From: Staphylothermus marinus F1
GTDB taxonomy: Archaea; Thermoproteota; Thermoprotei_A; Sulfolobales; Desulfurococcaceae
Length of the DNA: 32,000 nt
Reading direction: 5' to 3'
Assembly (NCBI RefSeq): GCF_000015945.1
Contig: NC_009033.1
Span: 420,001-452,000, forward strand
Shown: in pieces, positions 1 through 7,622 of the stretch
Layout: each line of letters begins with the position of its first letter
Position numbering within the stretch: position 1 is the first letter of the stretch
Program-made: the position numbers and the translations under genes
Notes under the pieces: generated by a model
What the model was told of the DNA's origin: nothing
What the model saw: the letters and a program-made list of their open reading frames with translations, nothing else
Databases searched by the model: none

Positions 1-258
1 AACGCCTATACCGGGTTTAACCAGTTCTTTCAATTGATTATATACGATATGATGTAAGGCTTCATTAAAACCGTTTGTATCTATCCATTTATAACCTATA
101 CGTACAGCTCCACAAACTTTGCAGAAATCTACTCTTATCTCTCTCTTAACCTGCTCAATTATTTCTCCTCTCTTAATTCTACAGCGTAGACAAACACCTT
201 CAACAACGGGATTGTCAGGTGTATCTTCTGCACCACAATATATACAGAACCTAGTCAT
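1..258 (-). CDS. NMD3-family protein, N-terminal part (gene continues beyond the left edge)
   Basis: Absent from the ORF track because it is truncated. Reverse-strand ATG at 256-258 gives MTRFCIYCGAEDTPDNPVVEGVCLRCRIKRGEIIEQVKREIRVDFCKVCGAVRIGYKWIDTNGF. The paired CxxC motifs match the zinc-binding N-terminus of archaeal NMD3 homologues as I recall them. Confidence 0.55.
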   Translation of the reverse strand, partial: MTRFCIYCGAEDTPDNPVVEGVCLRCRIKRGEIIEQVKREIRVDFCKVCGAVRIGYKWIDTNGFNEALHHIVYNQLKELVKPGIGV

Positions 259-339
259 TAATACACACCATTAATTCATAGTAATCTATCTATGTAGTTA
301 TGGTTCTAATAGCAACGTATATATTGATTGGTAGAGGAA

Positions 340-1356
340 TTAATAGGAGTAAATACAGTGCTGTTTGTGGCTCGAAAACAAAAAGAACAAGATCAAAGGT
401 GTTAAGAACATTAATGGAATAGATAAGATAAACAATAATAGGAGCCTCCTAACAATACCTAGGCTAAGCTCTGTCCAAGCATCAAGTTTGCCCCAGAGAA
501 AACGAAGTATTAGTGAAAAAGATAGGTATGCCCCAAATATCCAATACGAGATAAATGTATAGAAAACCATGAAGCCATGGAGCAGAGAGATAAGAAATGA
601 AACAATTATAAGAGAAATAAATACTATGGGGAGAAACAATATTGTTGAAGCAATGGTTTTTCCTAAAACAACTTCTTCCCTACTCAATGGATAAATATAG
701 AGTAACCTATTCCTATCAGCTTCTAAGAAAACAAGGATTGGAGTAGTTATTACTGCTAAAATATACGCTACCAAACCATATAATCCAATAAGAACATATG
801 AATCAGCATTATTCAATCCTTCAAGAAAAGATTGTATGGCTGGATTAAATAATGGAATATATAAAGGTGTTAGAATAGCAGCTATTTCTCCATAAAATTG
901 TTTTTGCCGAGTATGATCCCTAATTAGCAGATAAAGATCCTTTAGCCCCAAAGTAACAATCTTGGATCTAGAGAGGATCCTCTTGCTACCACCACTACTT
1001 ATTCTCTGAGACCAGATTATTTTAACACCGTATTTTCTAGGAATATATAGTGAAGAAGAGAATCCAATGATAAAGTATAGTAAACTATAAAAAACTGGTT
1101 CTGGTTCAAAACCGTTTATTGAAGCATAAACGTATGGAATAGGGAAAATGAATATATAATTCCTAATAACCGATAAAACCTCGTATCTAGAACCTAAACC
1201 CATAAAGTATACGTAGAAAGATAATACTGCTATAATAATTGATAAATATAATATCAGAGATACTAGCGAATTCGTTTCCGGCTTAATTTTAGAGTAAATA
1301 ATTATTGCTAACGGATAAATTAAGAGGACTAGCGATACAAAACCTAGTGGTACCAT
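340..1356 (-). CDS. Polytopic membrane protein; distal part of an ABC-2-type permease split by the 260-bp repeat
   Basis: 338-aa ORF, hydrophobic throughout with many predicted TM helices. It is on the same strand as, and downstream of, the ABC ATPase gene. Its frame stays open upstream to 1437. It becomes continuous with the ORF starting at 2135 if 1426..1685 is removed. Confidence 0.6.
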   Translation of the reverse strand: MVPLGFVSLVLLIYPLAIIIYSKIKPETNSLVSLILYLSIIIAVLSFYVYFMGLGSRYEVLSVIRNYIFIFPIPYVYASINGFEPEPVFYSLLYFIIGFSSSLYIPRKYGVKIIWSQRISSGGSKRILSRSKIVTLGLKDLYLLIRDHTRQKQFYGEIAAILTPLYIPLFNPAIQSFLEGLNNADSYVLIGLYGLVAYILAVITTPILVFLEADRNRLLYIYPLSREEVVLGKTIASTILFLPIVFISLIIVSFLISLLHGFMVFYTFISYWIFGAYLSFSLILRFLWGKLDAWTELSLGIVRRLLLLFILSIPLMFLTPLILFFLFSSHKQHCIYSY

Positions 1357-1425
1357 GATTATGGGAGAAAATGATTCTAGAACAATAGATATTATTGTAC
1401 CTATAGATAACCCAGTACCTAATAA

Positions 1426-1685
1426 AAGACTATTCGCTTATTTGGATATTATGGTTGTTTTGGAAATTATGAAAACTGTTGTTTTGATAGATTGGCGGGG
1501 TTCGCTTTATAAACCCTCACTAATATAATGGTTAATAAAAAGCAGATGAAGGGCTCAAAAGTGGTCTGTGTGGAGCCCCGATAGCCCCCTCCGTGAAGGG
1601 ATGAAGCCCCAACCCAAGAGGGGGAAGCCCGTGCAAGCATCCAAAATTTCCAAAACAACCAAAAAATAAAGCACGGGCATCCACT
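1426..1685 (+). mobile_element. GC-rich repeat element 'E2', copy A (MITE-like, carries a TATA box and a structured-RNA-like core)
   Basis: Boundaries are set by homology to 19855..20093: both copies start AAGACTATT and end CCACT. The ~140-nt core differs at about six positions by eye. Flanked by TAA (1423-1425) and TAA (1686-1688). TTTATAAA at 1506-1513 lies about 30 nt upstream of the GC-rich core (1545-1685). The core has stems GGGCTC/GAGCCC, CCCCCTC/GAGGGGG and GCCCGTGC/GCACGGGC. Strand is assigned from the TATA-to-core order only. Confidence 0.6.
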
Positions 1686-2135
1686 TAATCCTCCCCCCAC
1701 AATAATACTGTATGAAGCTGCTTTTTCGATGCTCTCATGTTTAATAGGCATATATTCGATAGGCTTGGTCATTCCAAGGTCTCGGATGGAAGCTGTTACT
1801 TGGTATATGAGATCCAGAATAATAACTATAGATATAAGCATAGCCATGATTAAGTAGGATGCTGTGAATGCTTTTGAAATATTGGGTAATCCCATAATGT
1901 TTGAACCATAAGATACAATGGGTATCCATAAACCAATGAATAATCCGCTCATCATCCCCGTTAATAGCCATTTCAAATTGTAGACTAATACTCCATCATC
2001 TATACTAGGCATTAAGATTTTTATGAAATAACCATATATTCCTCTCCTAACACGATAACGGGAAAGACTACGATAAATTGCTTCTCGGATAAATATTAAT
2101 GCTAAATAAAAAGATTCACGGTTTAGCAATTGCAT
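1467..2135 (-). CDS. Membrane protein; proximal part of the ABC-2-type permease, with a chimeric 3' end read through the repeat
   Basis: Starts 4 nt after the ATPase stop. Residues 1-150 (2135..1686) are hydrophobic membrane sequence. The remaining ~72 residues (GCPCFIFWLFWKFWMLARASPSWVGASSLH...) are a translation of repeat E2. The same peptide recurs in the unrelated ORF 19998..20258, so it is not genuine coding sequence. Confidence 0.55.
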   Translation of the reverse strand: MQLLNRESFYLALIFIREAIYRSLSRYRVRRGIYGYFIKILMPSIDDGVLVYNLKWLLTGMMSGLFIGLWIPIVSYGSNIMGLPNISKAFTASYLIMAMLISIVIILDLIYQVTASIRDLGMTKPIEYMPIKHESIEKAASYSIIVGGGLSGCPCFIFWLFWKFWMLARASPSWVGASSLHGGGYRGSTQTTFEPFICFLLTIILVRVYKANPANLSKQQFS

Positions 2136-2139
2136 TGGT

Positions 2140-2904
2140 TCAACCCATTAGAGCTTTTATAATTTCTTCAACTTGTAGCTTAGACCTTGTTAGGCTTAGG
2201 AAGGCTTCTTCTAATCCCTCTGTTCTAGCTTTCTCCAAGACTTCTTCAACGCTTCCAGTAGATATTATTCTTCCCTTATATAGTAGGATAATATTATCAG
2301 CTAGTGCTTCAGCGATTTCTAGTACATGTGTGGATAATAGGATTAAACACTCTTTTGTTGCCTTATTCTTTAGTACTGTCTTTAATGCTCTAGCTATCCT
2401 AGGATCAATACCTATAAATGGTTCATCAAGCAAATAAATTAGTGGATCATGTATGAATGCTGCTGCTAACAATACTCTTCTCTTATATCCATGGCTAAGC
2501 GATCCTATGAATTCATTTATTTTATCTCTTAACATAAAAGCATCAATTACTCTCTCAATACTTCTTTTAGCAATATCTTGTTTTAAACCATATATTCTAG
2601 CAACAAATTCTAGATATTCTTTAACGCGGAGACTATGATACAATGCATCATCTTCGGGTACATAGCCAATGATCCTCCTTATAGGTATTGGGTCTCGAGC
2701 AGGATCATGTCCATAAACAACTATTTTTCCAGTATCAGGCTTTATTATTCCTAGTATTAGTTTCATGAGCGTTGTTTTACCACTACCATTAGGTCCAAGC
2801 AATACATTTACTTTTCCAGGCTCTATACGTAAACTAATATTTTCTAGTGCAGGGGTTTCACCATAGTATTTAGAGACGCTCTGGAAAACTATCATCCCAA
2901 ACAA
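2140..2904 (-). CDS. ABC transporter ATP-binding protein (ABC-2/drug-exporter type)
   Basis: Walker A GPNGSGKTT, ABC signature LSHGYKRR, Walker B LIYLLDEP, H-loop LSTH. An alternative start (MIVFQSV, 2895) is possible. Confidence 0.9.
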   Translation of the reverse strand: MFGMIVFQSVSKYYGETPALENISLRIEPGKVNVLLGPNGSGKTTLMKLILGIIKPDTGKIVVYGHDPARDPIPIRRIIGYVPEDDALYHSLRVKEYLEFVARIYGLKQDIAKRSIERVIDAFMLRDKINEFIGSLSHGYKRRVLLAAAFIHDPLIYLLDEPFIGIDPRIARALKTVLKNKATKECLILLSTHVLEIAEALADNIILLYKGRIISTGSVEEVLEKARTEGLEEAFLSLTRSKLQVEEIIKALMG

Positions 2905-2911
2905 CCATTTA

Positions 2912-3430
2912 TTATATCCATTTAAGTTCTCCCATTGTTTCCCTAATCCTCTCCTCTAATTTCCTAACCCACCAAGGAACCCTAATATTCTCTATACATC
3001 TATCTGGAGTATATGCTTTAATATCGAGAACAGGTGTTCCATCATATAGATCTAGTCCTCTAACCTTTAAGAATCTCCCGTTTCTTTCAACAAGTTCTAG
3101 AATAGATAAAGCTATAGGGTTAGGTCTATGTGGAGAATCTGTACAGAATACTCCTACTAATGGTAAATCATCAATTTTTATACCGAATCTCCTAAGTCTC
3201 CTATGTCTAACCTTTAAGACTCTTCTATTCTCGTCTGATACCATGTGTAGATACGATATTACTATTATATGTGAAAAACCCTCGATTCCGTCAAGCCCTT
3301 CTTCATATTCTGGGAAAACCTCTACTACTCCTTCAACACCTGAATAACTATTCTTTATATCCTCGATACTAGCATTTGTATGGATCACACCTATAGGTTC
3401 TAATCTAATATCATATTTCTGATGGATCAA
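2912..3430 (-). CDS. trmO: TsaA/YaeB (UPF0066) family protein, TrmO-like tRNA methyltransferase
   Basis: 172 aa. Blocks IGVIHT, GFSHIIVISYLH, HRPNPIALSILELV and GLDLYDGTPVLDIKAY match the TsaA-like fold signature. Confidence 0.7.
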   Translation of the reverse strand: MIHQKYDIRLEPIGVIHTNASIEDIKNSYSGVEGVVEVFPEYEEGLDGIEGFSHIIVISYLHMVSDENRRVLKVRHRRLRRFGIKIDDLPLVGVFCTDSPHRPNPIALSILELVERNGRFLKVRGLDLYDGTPVLDIKAYTPDRCIENIRVPWWVRKLEERIRETMGELKWI

Positions 3431-3499
3431 TTATTAACACCCTAATCAAAAATACAATATGTAGACTATGATTAATGTTGTGGAGGGTGGAGAGCTACT

Positions 3500-4054
3500 A
3501 TGTCTTTAAACAAGCACTCTTGGATGGATATGATAATATTTATTCTCAGCTTTTCTTTCCCATTAACAATGATCGCATTAGCTATCTCTATGTCGTCATG
3601 GTTTAATATATGGAATAATGCATTAAGCGATCTAGGACATGCTGTTAAAAGCAGTGTTGCTCCAATATTCAATCTAGGTCTTGCAATTGGTGGGATACTA
3701 ATTGTTATAGTTGGTTTAAGAAATCTTTATTCGTGGAGTAGAGTTAAAGGATCTTTAATCATATCCATGGGTGTATTTCTTAACTTAATAGGGGTTTTCG
3801 ACGAAGTATATGGTTGGATACATTTCCTAGTCTCAGTATTGTTTTTCTTATCAATAATAGCATATTTCATAGCTATATCAATACTTGACAAATCATGGAT
3901 AGCTGTTCTACTAATAATAGGTCATATTGCAATGTGGTATCTACACTTTGCTTCAGAGATTCCGAGAGGTGCGGCTATTCCCGAGTTATTAGCGGTATTC
4001 TCGTTTTTACCATTCTATATAAGAGACTATTTTAAATCATACACTAAACGATAG
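3500..4054 (+). CDS. Integral membrane protein, DUF998-like
   Basis: 184 aa, about 6 TM helices. The ALSDLGH motif after TM1 resembles the DUF998 signature. Family call is tentative. Confidence 0.5.
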   Translation: MSLNKHSWMDMIIFILSFSFPLTMIALAISMSSWFNIWNNALSDLGHAVKSSVAPIFNLGLAIGGILIVIVGLRNLYSWSRVKGSLIISMGVFLNLIGVFDEVYGWIHFLVSVLFFLSIIAYFIAISILDKSWIAVLLIIGHIAMWYLHFASEIPRGAAIPELLAVFSFLPFYIRDYFKSYTKR

Positions 4055-4098
4055 TGATTTCACCTCTAGAAGTATAATAGTATGTATGGGAGCAATGA

Positions 4099-5232
4099 AT
4101 GGGTAAGTGTAGGATCTGTGGTAGAGAAAACATATTGGTCTCAGACACTATTGGTGTTTGTGTTGATTGTTTAAGAAAATATCCTGAGAAAGCTCTCCCC
4201 ATAGCATTAGAAGCTCACAGGAGATCAAGATATAGATTTGGACTCCCTCCTGTTACACCTACTGATCACGGAGGTATCAAGTGCAGTATTTGTGGTAGGG
4301 GATGTATTATTGGAAACAGTAAAAGAGGATATTGTGGTGTGAGATTAAACAAGGATAATCAATTAGTAAACATAACTGGTAGTCCTTGGATAGCTACTGG
4401 CCTATATTATTATGATCCTCATCCAACTAATTGTGTAGCCTATCCTGTATGTCCCGCAGTAACTGGGAGGGGTTACCCAAAATATGCTTTGTCTCCTAAG
4501 GGGGAGAGAGGCTACTATAATATTGCAGTATTTTATGGTGCATGTAATATGGATTGTTTATATTGTCAAAACTGGGAATATAGAAAAATGGCTTCACAAG
4601 GCAAACCCTTCCTCAGCATAGAGGATCTTGTTAATAGTGTGAATGAGAAGACAACGTGCGTATGCTTCTTTGGAGGAGACCCTGGTCCGTGGAGTATACA
4701 TGCAATAGAAGCATCTAGGAGAATGATTGAGAAAGCTAGGAGGATTGGTAATAAAGTGTTTAGAATTTGCTGGGAAACAAATGGTTTGTGGAATCCATAT
4801 ATTCTACGGAAAGCAGTAGAAATAAGCTTGGAAACAGGTGGTATTGTTAAAATAGATTTCAAAGCTTGGAGCCCCGAAGTATATATTGCACTAACAGGTA
4901 TTGAGCCTGAACATGTAGAGCTTATAAGGAAGAATATAAAACTTGTAGCAGAATATTTTGATCAAAGACCAGATCCCCCCTTATTAGTTGTATCAACGCT
5001 ATTAGTACCCGGGTATATTGATGATTATGAAATAGATAATATGACTAGATATATTGCTGAAATAAATAATGAGATCCCATATGTTTTCTTAGGCTTCCAT
5101 CCAGATTATGAATTAATAGATCTACCTAGGACCAGTTGGAAACACGCACTAAGAGCTGTAGAGATAGCGCGTAGGAATGGTCTTAGAAGAGTATATGTGG
5201 AGAATCAATGGTTATTATCAAATCAGTATTGA
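4099..5232 (+). CDS. Radical SAM enzyme (PflA/AmmeMemoRadiSam-like activase family)
   Basis: CNMDCLYCQNW is a CX3CX2C cluster motif. N-terminal CxxC pairs (CRICG...CVDCL) are present. IKCSICGRGC...GYCGVRLN resembles the N-terminal Cys-rich block of this activase family. Confidence 0.8.
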   Translation: MGKCRICGRENILVSDTIGVCVDCLRKYPEKALPIALEAHRRSRYRFGLPPVTPTDHGGIKCSICGRGCIIGNSKRGYCGVRLNKDNQLVNITGSPWIATGLYYYDPHPTNCVAYPVCPAVTGRGYPKYALSPKGERGYYNIAVFYGACNMDCLYCQNWEYRKMASQGKPFLSIEDLVNSVNEKTTCVCFFGGDPGPWSIHAIEASRRMIEKARRIGNKVFRICWETNGLWNPYILRKAVEISLETGGIVKIDFKAWSPEVYIALTGIEPEHVELIRKNIKLVAEYFDQRPDPPLLVVSTLLVPGYIDDYEIDNMTRYIAEINNEIPYVFLGFHPDYELIDLPRTSWKHALRAVEIARRNGLRRVYVENQWLLSNQY

Positions 5233-5344
5233 GATAGTTACTGAATATACTATGAAACAAAACCATATCGTTTTAATTATGTCTCGTTCCATATACTCTA
5301 GGTGAAACAAAACGAACAATTTATCAGCGATATAGGGATGGAGC

Positions 5345-6097
5345 TTGTATGATTTAATACTATTGTTTCTGGGAGCTCTCGGGATAGGTTTTGTATCTGC
5401 TATTGTAGGTATTGGTGGAGGAACACTCATGATTCCCTTCATGGTTCTCATACTGAACTATGATGTAAAAGAAGCTATAGCTACCAGTCTTGTAAGCATA
5501 ATTGTTACATCATCATCTGCATCAAGTATTTATTTGCGTAGAAGAGATGTTGATCTAAAAACAGCTTTTCTACTCGAGCCATCAACGGCTGCAGGAGCAA
5601 TAGTGGGGGCTTATCTAACAATATCTCTACCAACAAGAATAGTTGAGACAGCTTTCTCTCTCCTACTACTATATGTTTCTATCTCGATGTTGAGAGATGC
5701 TTTGAGGAGAAAAGAGATCGAGACAGGTAATTATAAGGTGTCGAGACAGCGTAGAGGAGTAGGTGTACTGATAGCTTTCTTGGCCGGCTTAACATCTGGA
5801 ATGCTTGGTATTGGTGGCGGTGTTCTCAAAGTTCCACTTATGACGATGGTTTTAGGCTTACCTATTAGAACAGCAATAGCTACAAGCAGTTTTATGGTTG
5901 GATTAACAGCTAGTGCTGGAAGCTTAGTCTATTTATTGAAAGGGTACGTAAACCCCTACGCAGTCGCATCATTAGCTCTAGGAATAATACCTGGAGCAAC
6001 CTTGGGTGCTCATATGCTGAAAAAGATTAGTCCGAGAATTCTAAAAATAATATTCTCAGTCACATTAATGTATGCCTCAATAAAACTCCTAATATAA
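5345..6097 (+). CDS. TauE/SafE (DUF81) family anion exporter
   Basis: 250 aa, polytopic. The glycine motif is duplicated (VGIGGGTLMIPF and LGIGGGVLKVPL). TTG start in the ORF track. Confidence 0.8.
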   Translation: MYDLILLFLGALGIGFVSAIVGIGGGTLMIPFMVLILNYDVKEAIATSLVSIIVTSSSASSIYLRRRDVDLKTAFLLEPSTAAGAIVGAYLTISLPTRIVETAFSLLLLYVSISMLRDALRRKEIETGNYKVSRQRRGVGVLIAFLAGLTSGMLGIGGGVLKVPLMTMVLGLPIRTAIATSSFMVGLTASAGSLVYLLKGYVNPYAVASLALGIIPGATLGAHMLKKISPRILKIIFSVTLMYASIKLLI

Positions 6098-6118
6098 TAC
6101 TGGAGGAGACCTGGAAAT

Positions 6119-6382
6119 ATGTATGAAAAAGCCGCAGAAATATTAAGAACCGGAGTATTTCTTGGACTAGTAATGCTGCTAATAGGATTGTTTGTCAATA
6201 ATTTATTACATGTAGATCTATTAGTATATGTTGGCTTAGTAACCATTATCATAACACCTATGATCACTTTATTCTCCATAAGTATCATGCTTCTTCTAAG
6301 AAAAGACTATAGATCATTTACATTATCCTTAATACTACTATTCATATTAATAATATCAATTATCGCGGCCTTCCTAGAATAG
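6119..6382 (+). CDS. Small membrane protein (DUF1634-like partner of TauE, by context)
   Basis: 87 aa, 2-3 TM helices, 21 nt downstream of the TauE-like gene. Family call rests on context and size only. Confidence 0.45.
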   Translation: MYEKAAEILRTGVFLGLVMLLIGLFVNNLLHVDLLVYVGLVTIIITPMITLFSISIMLLLRKDYRSFTLSLILLFILIISIIAAFLE

Positions 6383-6643
6383 GAAACAAATAATAAAACT
6401 CGTTCTCCTACGAATTAAGAACTTTATATAATGTTACAGTTATTGTGGCTGGATAAGCAAACATAATCAAGCTTTGTCTAACTCGGAGATCTATGCGATA
6501 AGTTATCTTTAATAATTAGACTCGTTTGTTTTCAAAATATTGTTGAATAAATTGTTCCATTACGATTTTCTGAAACAATTCTCGAGACAATAGGATATAT
6601 AAAAACTTAATAATTTGAATAATACTTGTTTTATGGAATAATT

Positions 6644-6964
6644 CTATTTTCTCTTGCCAATATATTTAGTTATTAGCTGTAAGAATGGTGGGAGCGATCT
6701 AGTTTGTACATATATTCTTCCAGGTCCTTCAACTTCTATGACAAGTTCTTCTCCACCGAAAAAGAAGCTTTTTAATCCACCAAACCTTCTAATATTCCAT
6801 TTCATACCGTCATCCATTGCTACGAAGTGGAAATTATCTATGATGATTCTCTCGCCTACACCCAGTTCTTTCTTTAATATTCCTCCATAACTATTTATCC
6901 ATACGCCGCCAACGCCACTAGCTTTTAGCCAAAACATTTCTCCCTCAGCTAATAATCCTCTCAA
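6644..6964 (-). CDS. AIM24/DUF124 (TIGR00266-like) protein, C-terminal half (downstream of an in-frame TAG)
   Basis: GEMFWLKASGVGGVWINSYGGI...GERIIIDNFHFVAMD...GEELVIEVEGPGRIYVQTRSL is typical of the second half of AIM24-family proteins. It is in the same frame as 6971..7354 and separated from it only by TAG at 6971-6973. Confidence 0.65.
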   Translation of the reverse strand: MRGLLAEGEMFWLKASGVGGVWINSYGGILKKELGVGERIIIDNFHFVAMDDGMKWNIRRFGGLKSFFFGGEELVIEVEGPGRIYVQTRSLPPFLQLITKYIGKRK

Positions 6965-6970
6965 ACCCCT

Positions 6971-7354
6971 CTATGCAACACTCAGCTTTATATCGCCATG
7001 GTGTGCAAGATAGCTTGTATCTTGAATAATTAGGTCTCTCGAACCATTCAGAGCAACATACTCTATATCTCCGGGTAAAGAAGGAGCAAACCAAACCTCT
7101 CCTCCCCTAGGACCTGCTGTGAAAGTATTCATGAATATTGATTCTCCACCCAATAATTTTCTTGCAATAGCACTACCCAAACCACCTGTATGAGTTTTCA
7201 CATTAACGTCCCCAGCCATATACACCATAGCACCAGGCTCTGCAGTAACGCTTTCATTCGGTTCAAGGACTACTTGTAAAAGAGAATATGAAGGCCTAGT
7301 TACAATTTCCCACTTCATAATGCATACCCCGAATAAACAGCAACATATATTCAA
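6971..7354 (-). CDS. AIM24/DUF124 (TIGR00266-like) protein, N-terminal half (ends at an in-frame TAG)
   Basis: MKWEIVTRPSYSLLQVVLEPNESVTAEPGAMVYMAGDV...GGESIFMNTFTA matches the family N-terminus. The likely true start is MKWEIV at 7318. The two halves together total about 224 aa, the usual family size. Confidence 0.65.
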   Translation of the reverse strand: MNICCCLFGVCIMKWEIVTRPSYSLLQVVLEPNESVTAEPGAMVYMAGDVNVKTHTGGLGSAIARKLLGGESIFMNTFTAGPRGGEVWFAPSLPGDIEYVALNGSRDLIIQDTSYLAHHGDIKLSVA

Positions 7355-7464
7355 AACACGTTTTATTTATGTTTTTATTGTTCCAACAAAATAATATGAT
7401 TATTTATATCTTGTATTGAATCAGGATCTAAGCATGGACTAGAATAATTAGAATAGGAAAAGAG

Positions 7465-7592
7465 AGCCGCCGGCGGGATTTGAACCCGCGACCACCGGCT
7501 CTCCCGGCCTATGTATTGTACGGGCCTGAATTAGTTCCTTGGTCTCTTCGGGCTTACAAGGCCGGCGCTCTACCGGGCTGAGCTACGGCGGC
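7465..7592 (-). tRNA. tRNA-Thr (anticodon UGU) with a 54-nt intron
   Basis: Reverse strand reads GCCGCCG-TA-GCTC-AGCCCGGTA-GAGC-G-CCGGC-CTTGTA-[intron 7501..7554]-A-GCCGG-TGGTC-GCGGG-TTCAAAT-CCCGC-CGGCGGC-T. It has a perfect 7-bp acceptor stem and a canonical T arm. The intron is at the canonical 37/38 position. No CCA is encoded. Confidence 0.9.
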
Positions 7593-7622
7593 TATTCATT
7601 AATGTATTTGATTTAGTTGGGA

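Noticed and set aside
1426-1685. E2, and the 19488..19755 insert, as bulge-helix-bulge mRNA introns removed by the tRNA splicing endonuclease
   Set aside because: I could not build a BHB (3-nt bulge, 4-bp helix, 3-nt bulge) across either junction. Excising copy B does not restore the Sun reading frame, and about 130 codons are missing regardless. The TAA/TAA flanks of copy A point to DNA-level insertion. This remains testable by RT-PCR.
6971-6973. Reading the in-frame TAG of the AIM24-like gene as pyrrolysine, because a corrinoid methyltransferase cluster lies nearby
   Set aside because: None of the methyltransferase genes in the cluster contains an in-frame TAG. No pylS, pylT or pylBCD-like genes are in the window. 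The genome looks crenarchaeal, where Pyl decoding is not known. A simple nonsense mutation or sequencing error is more parsimonious.
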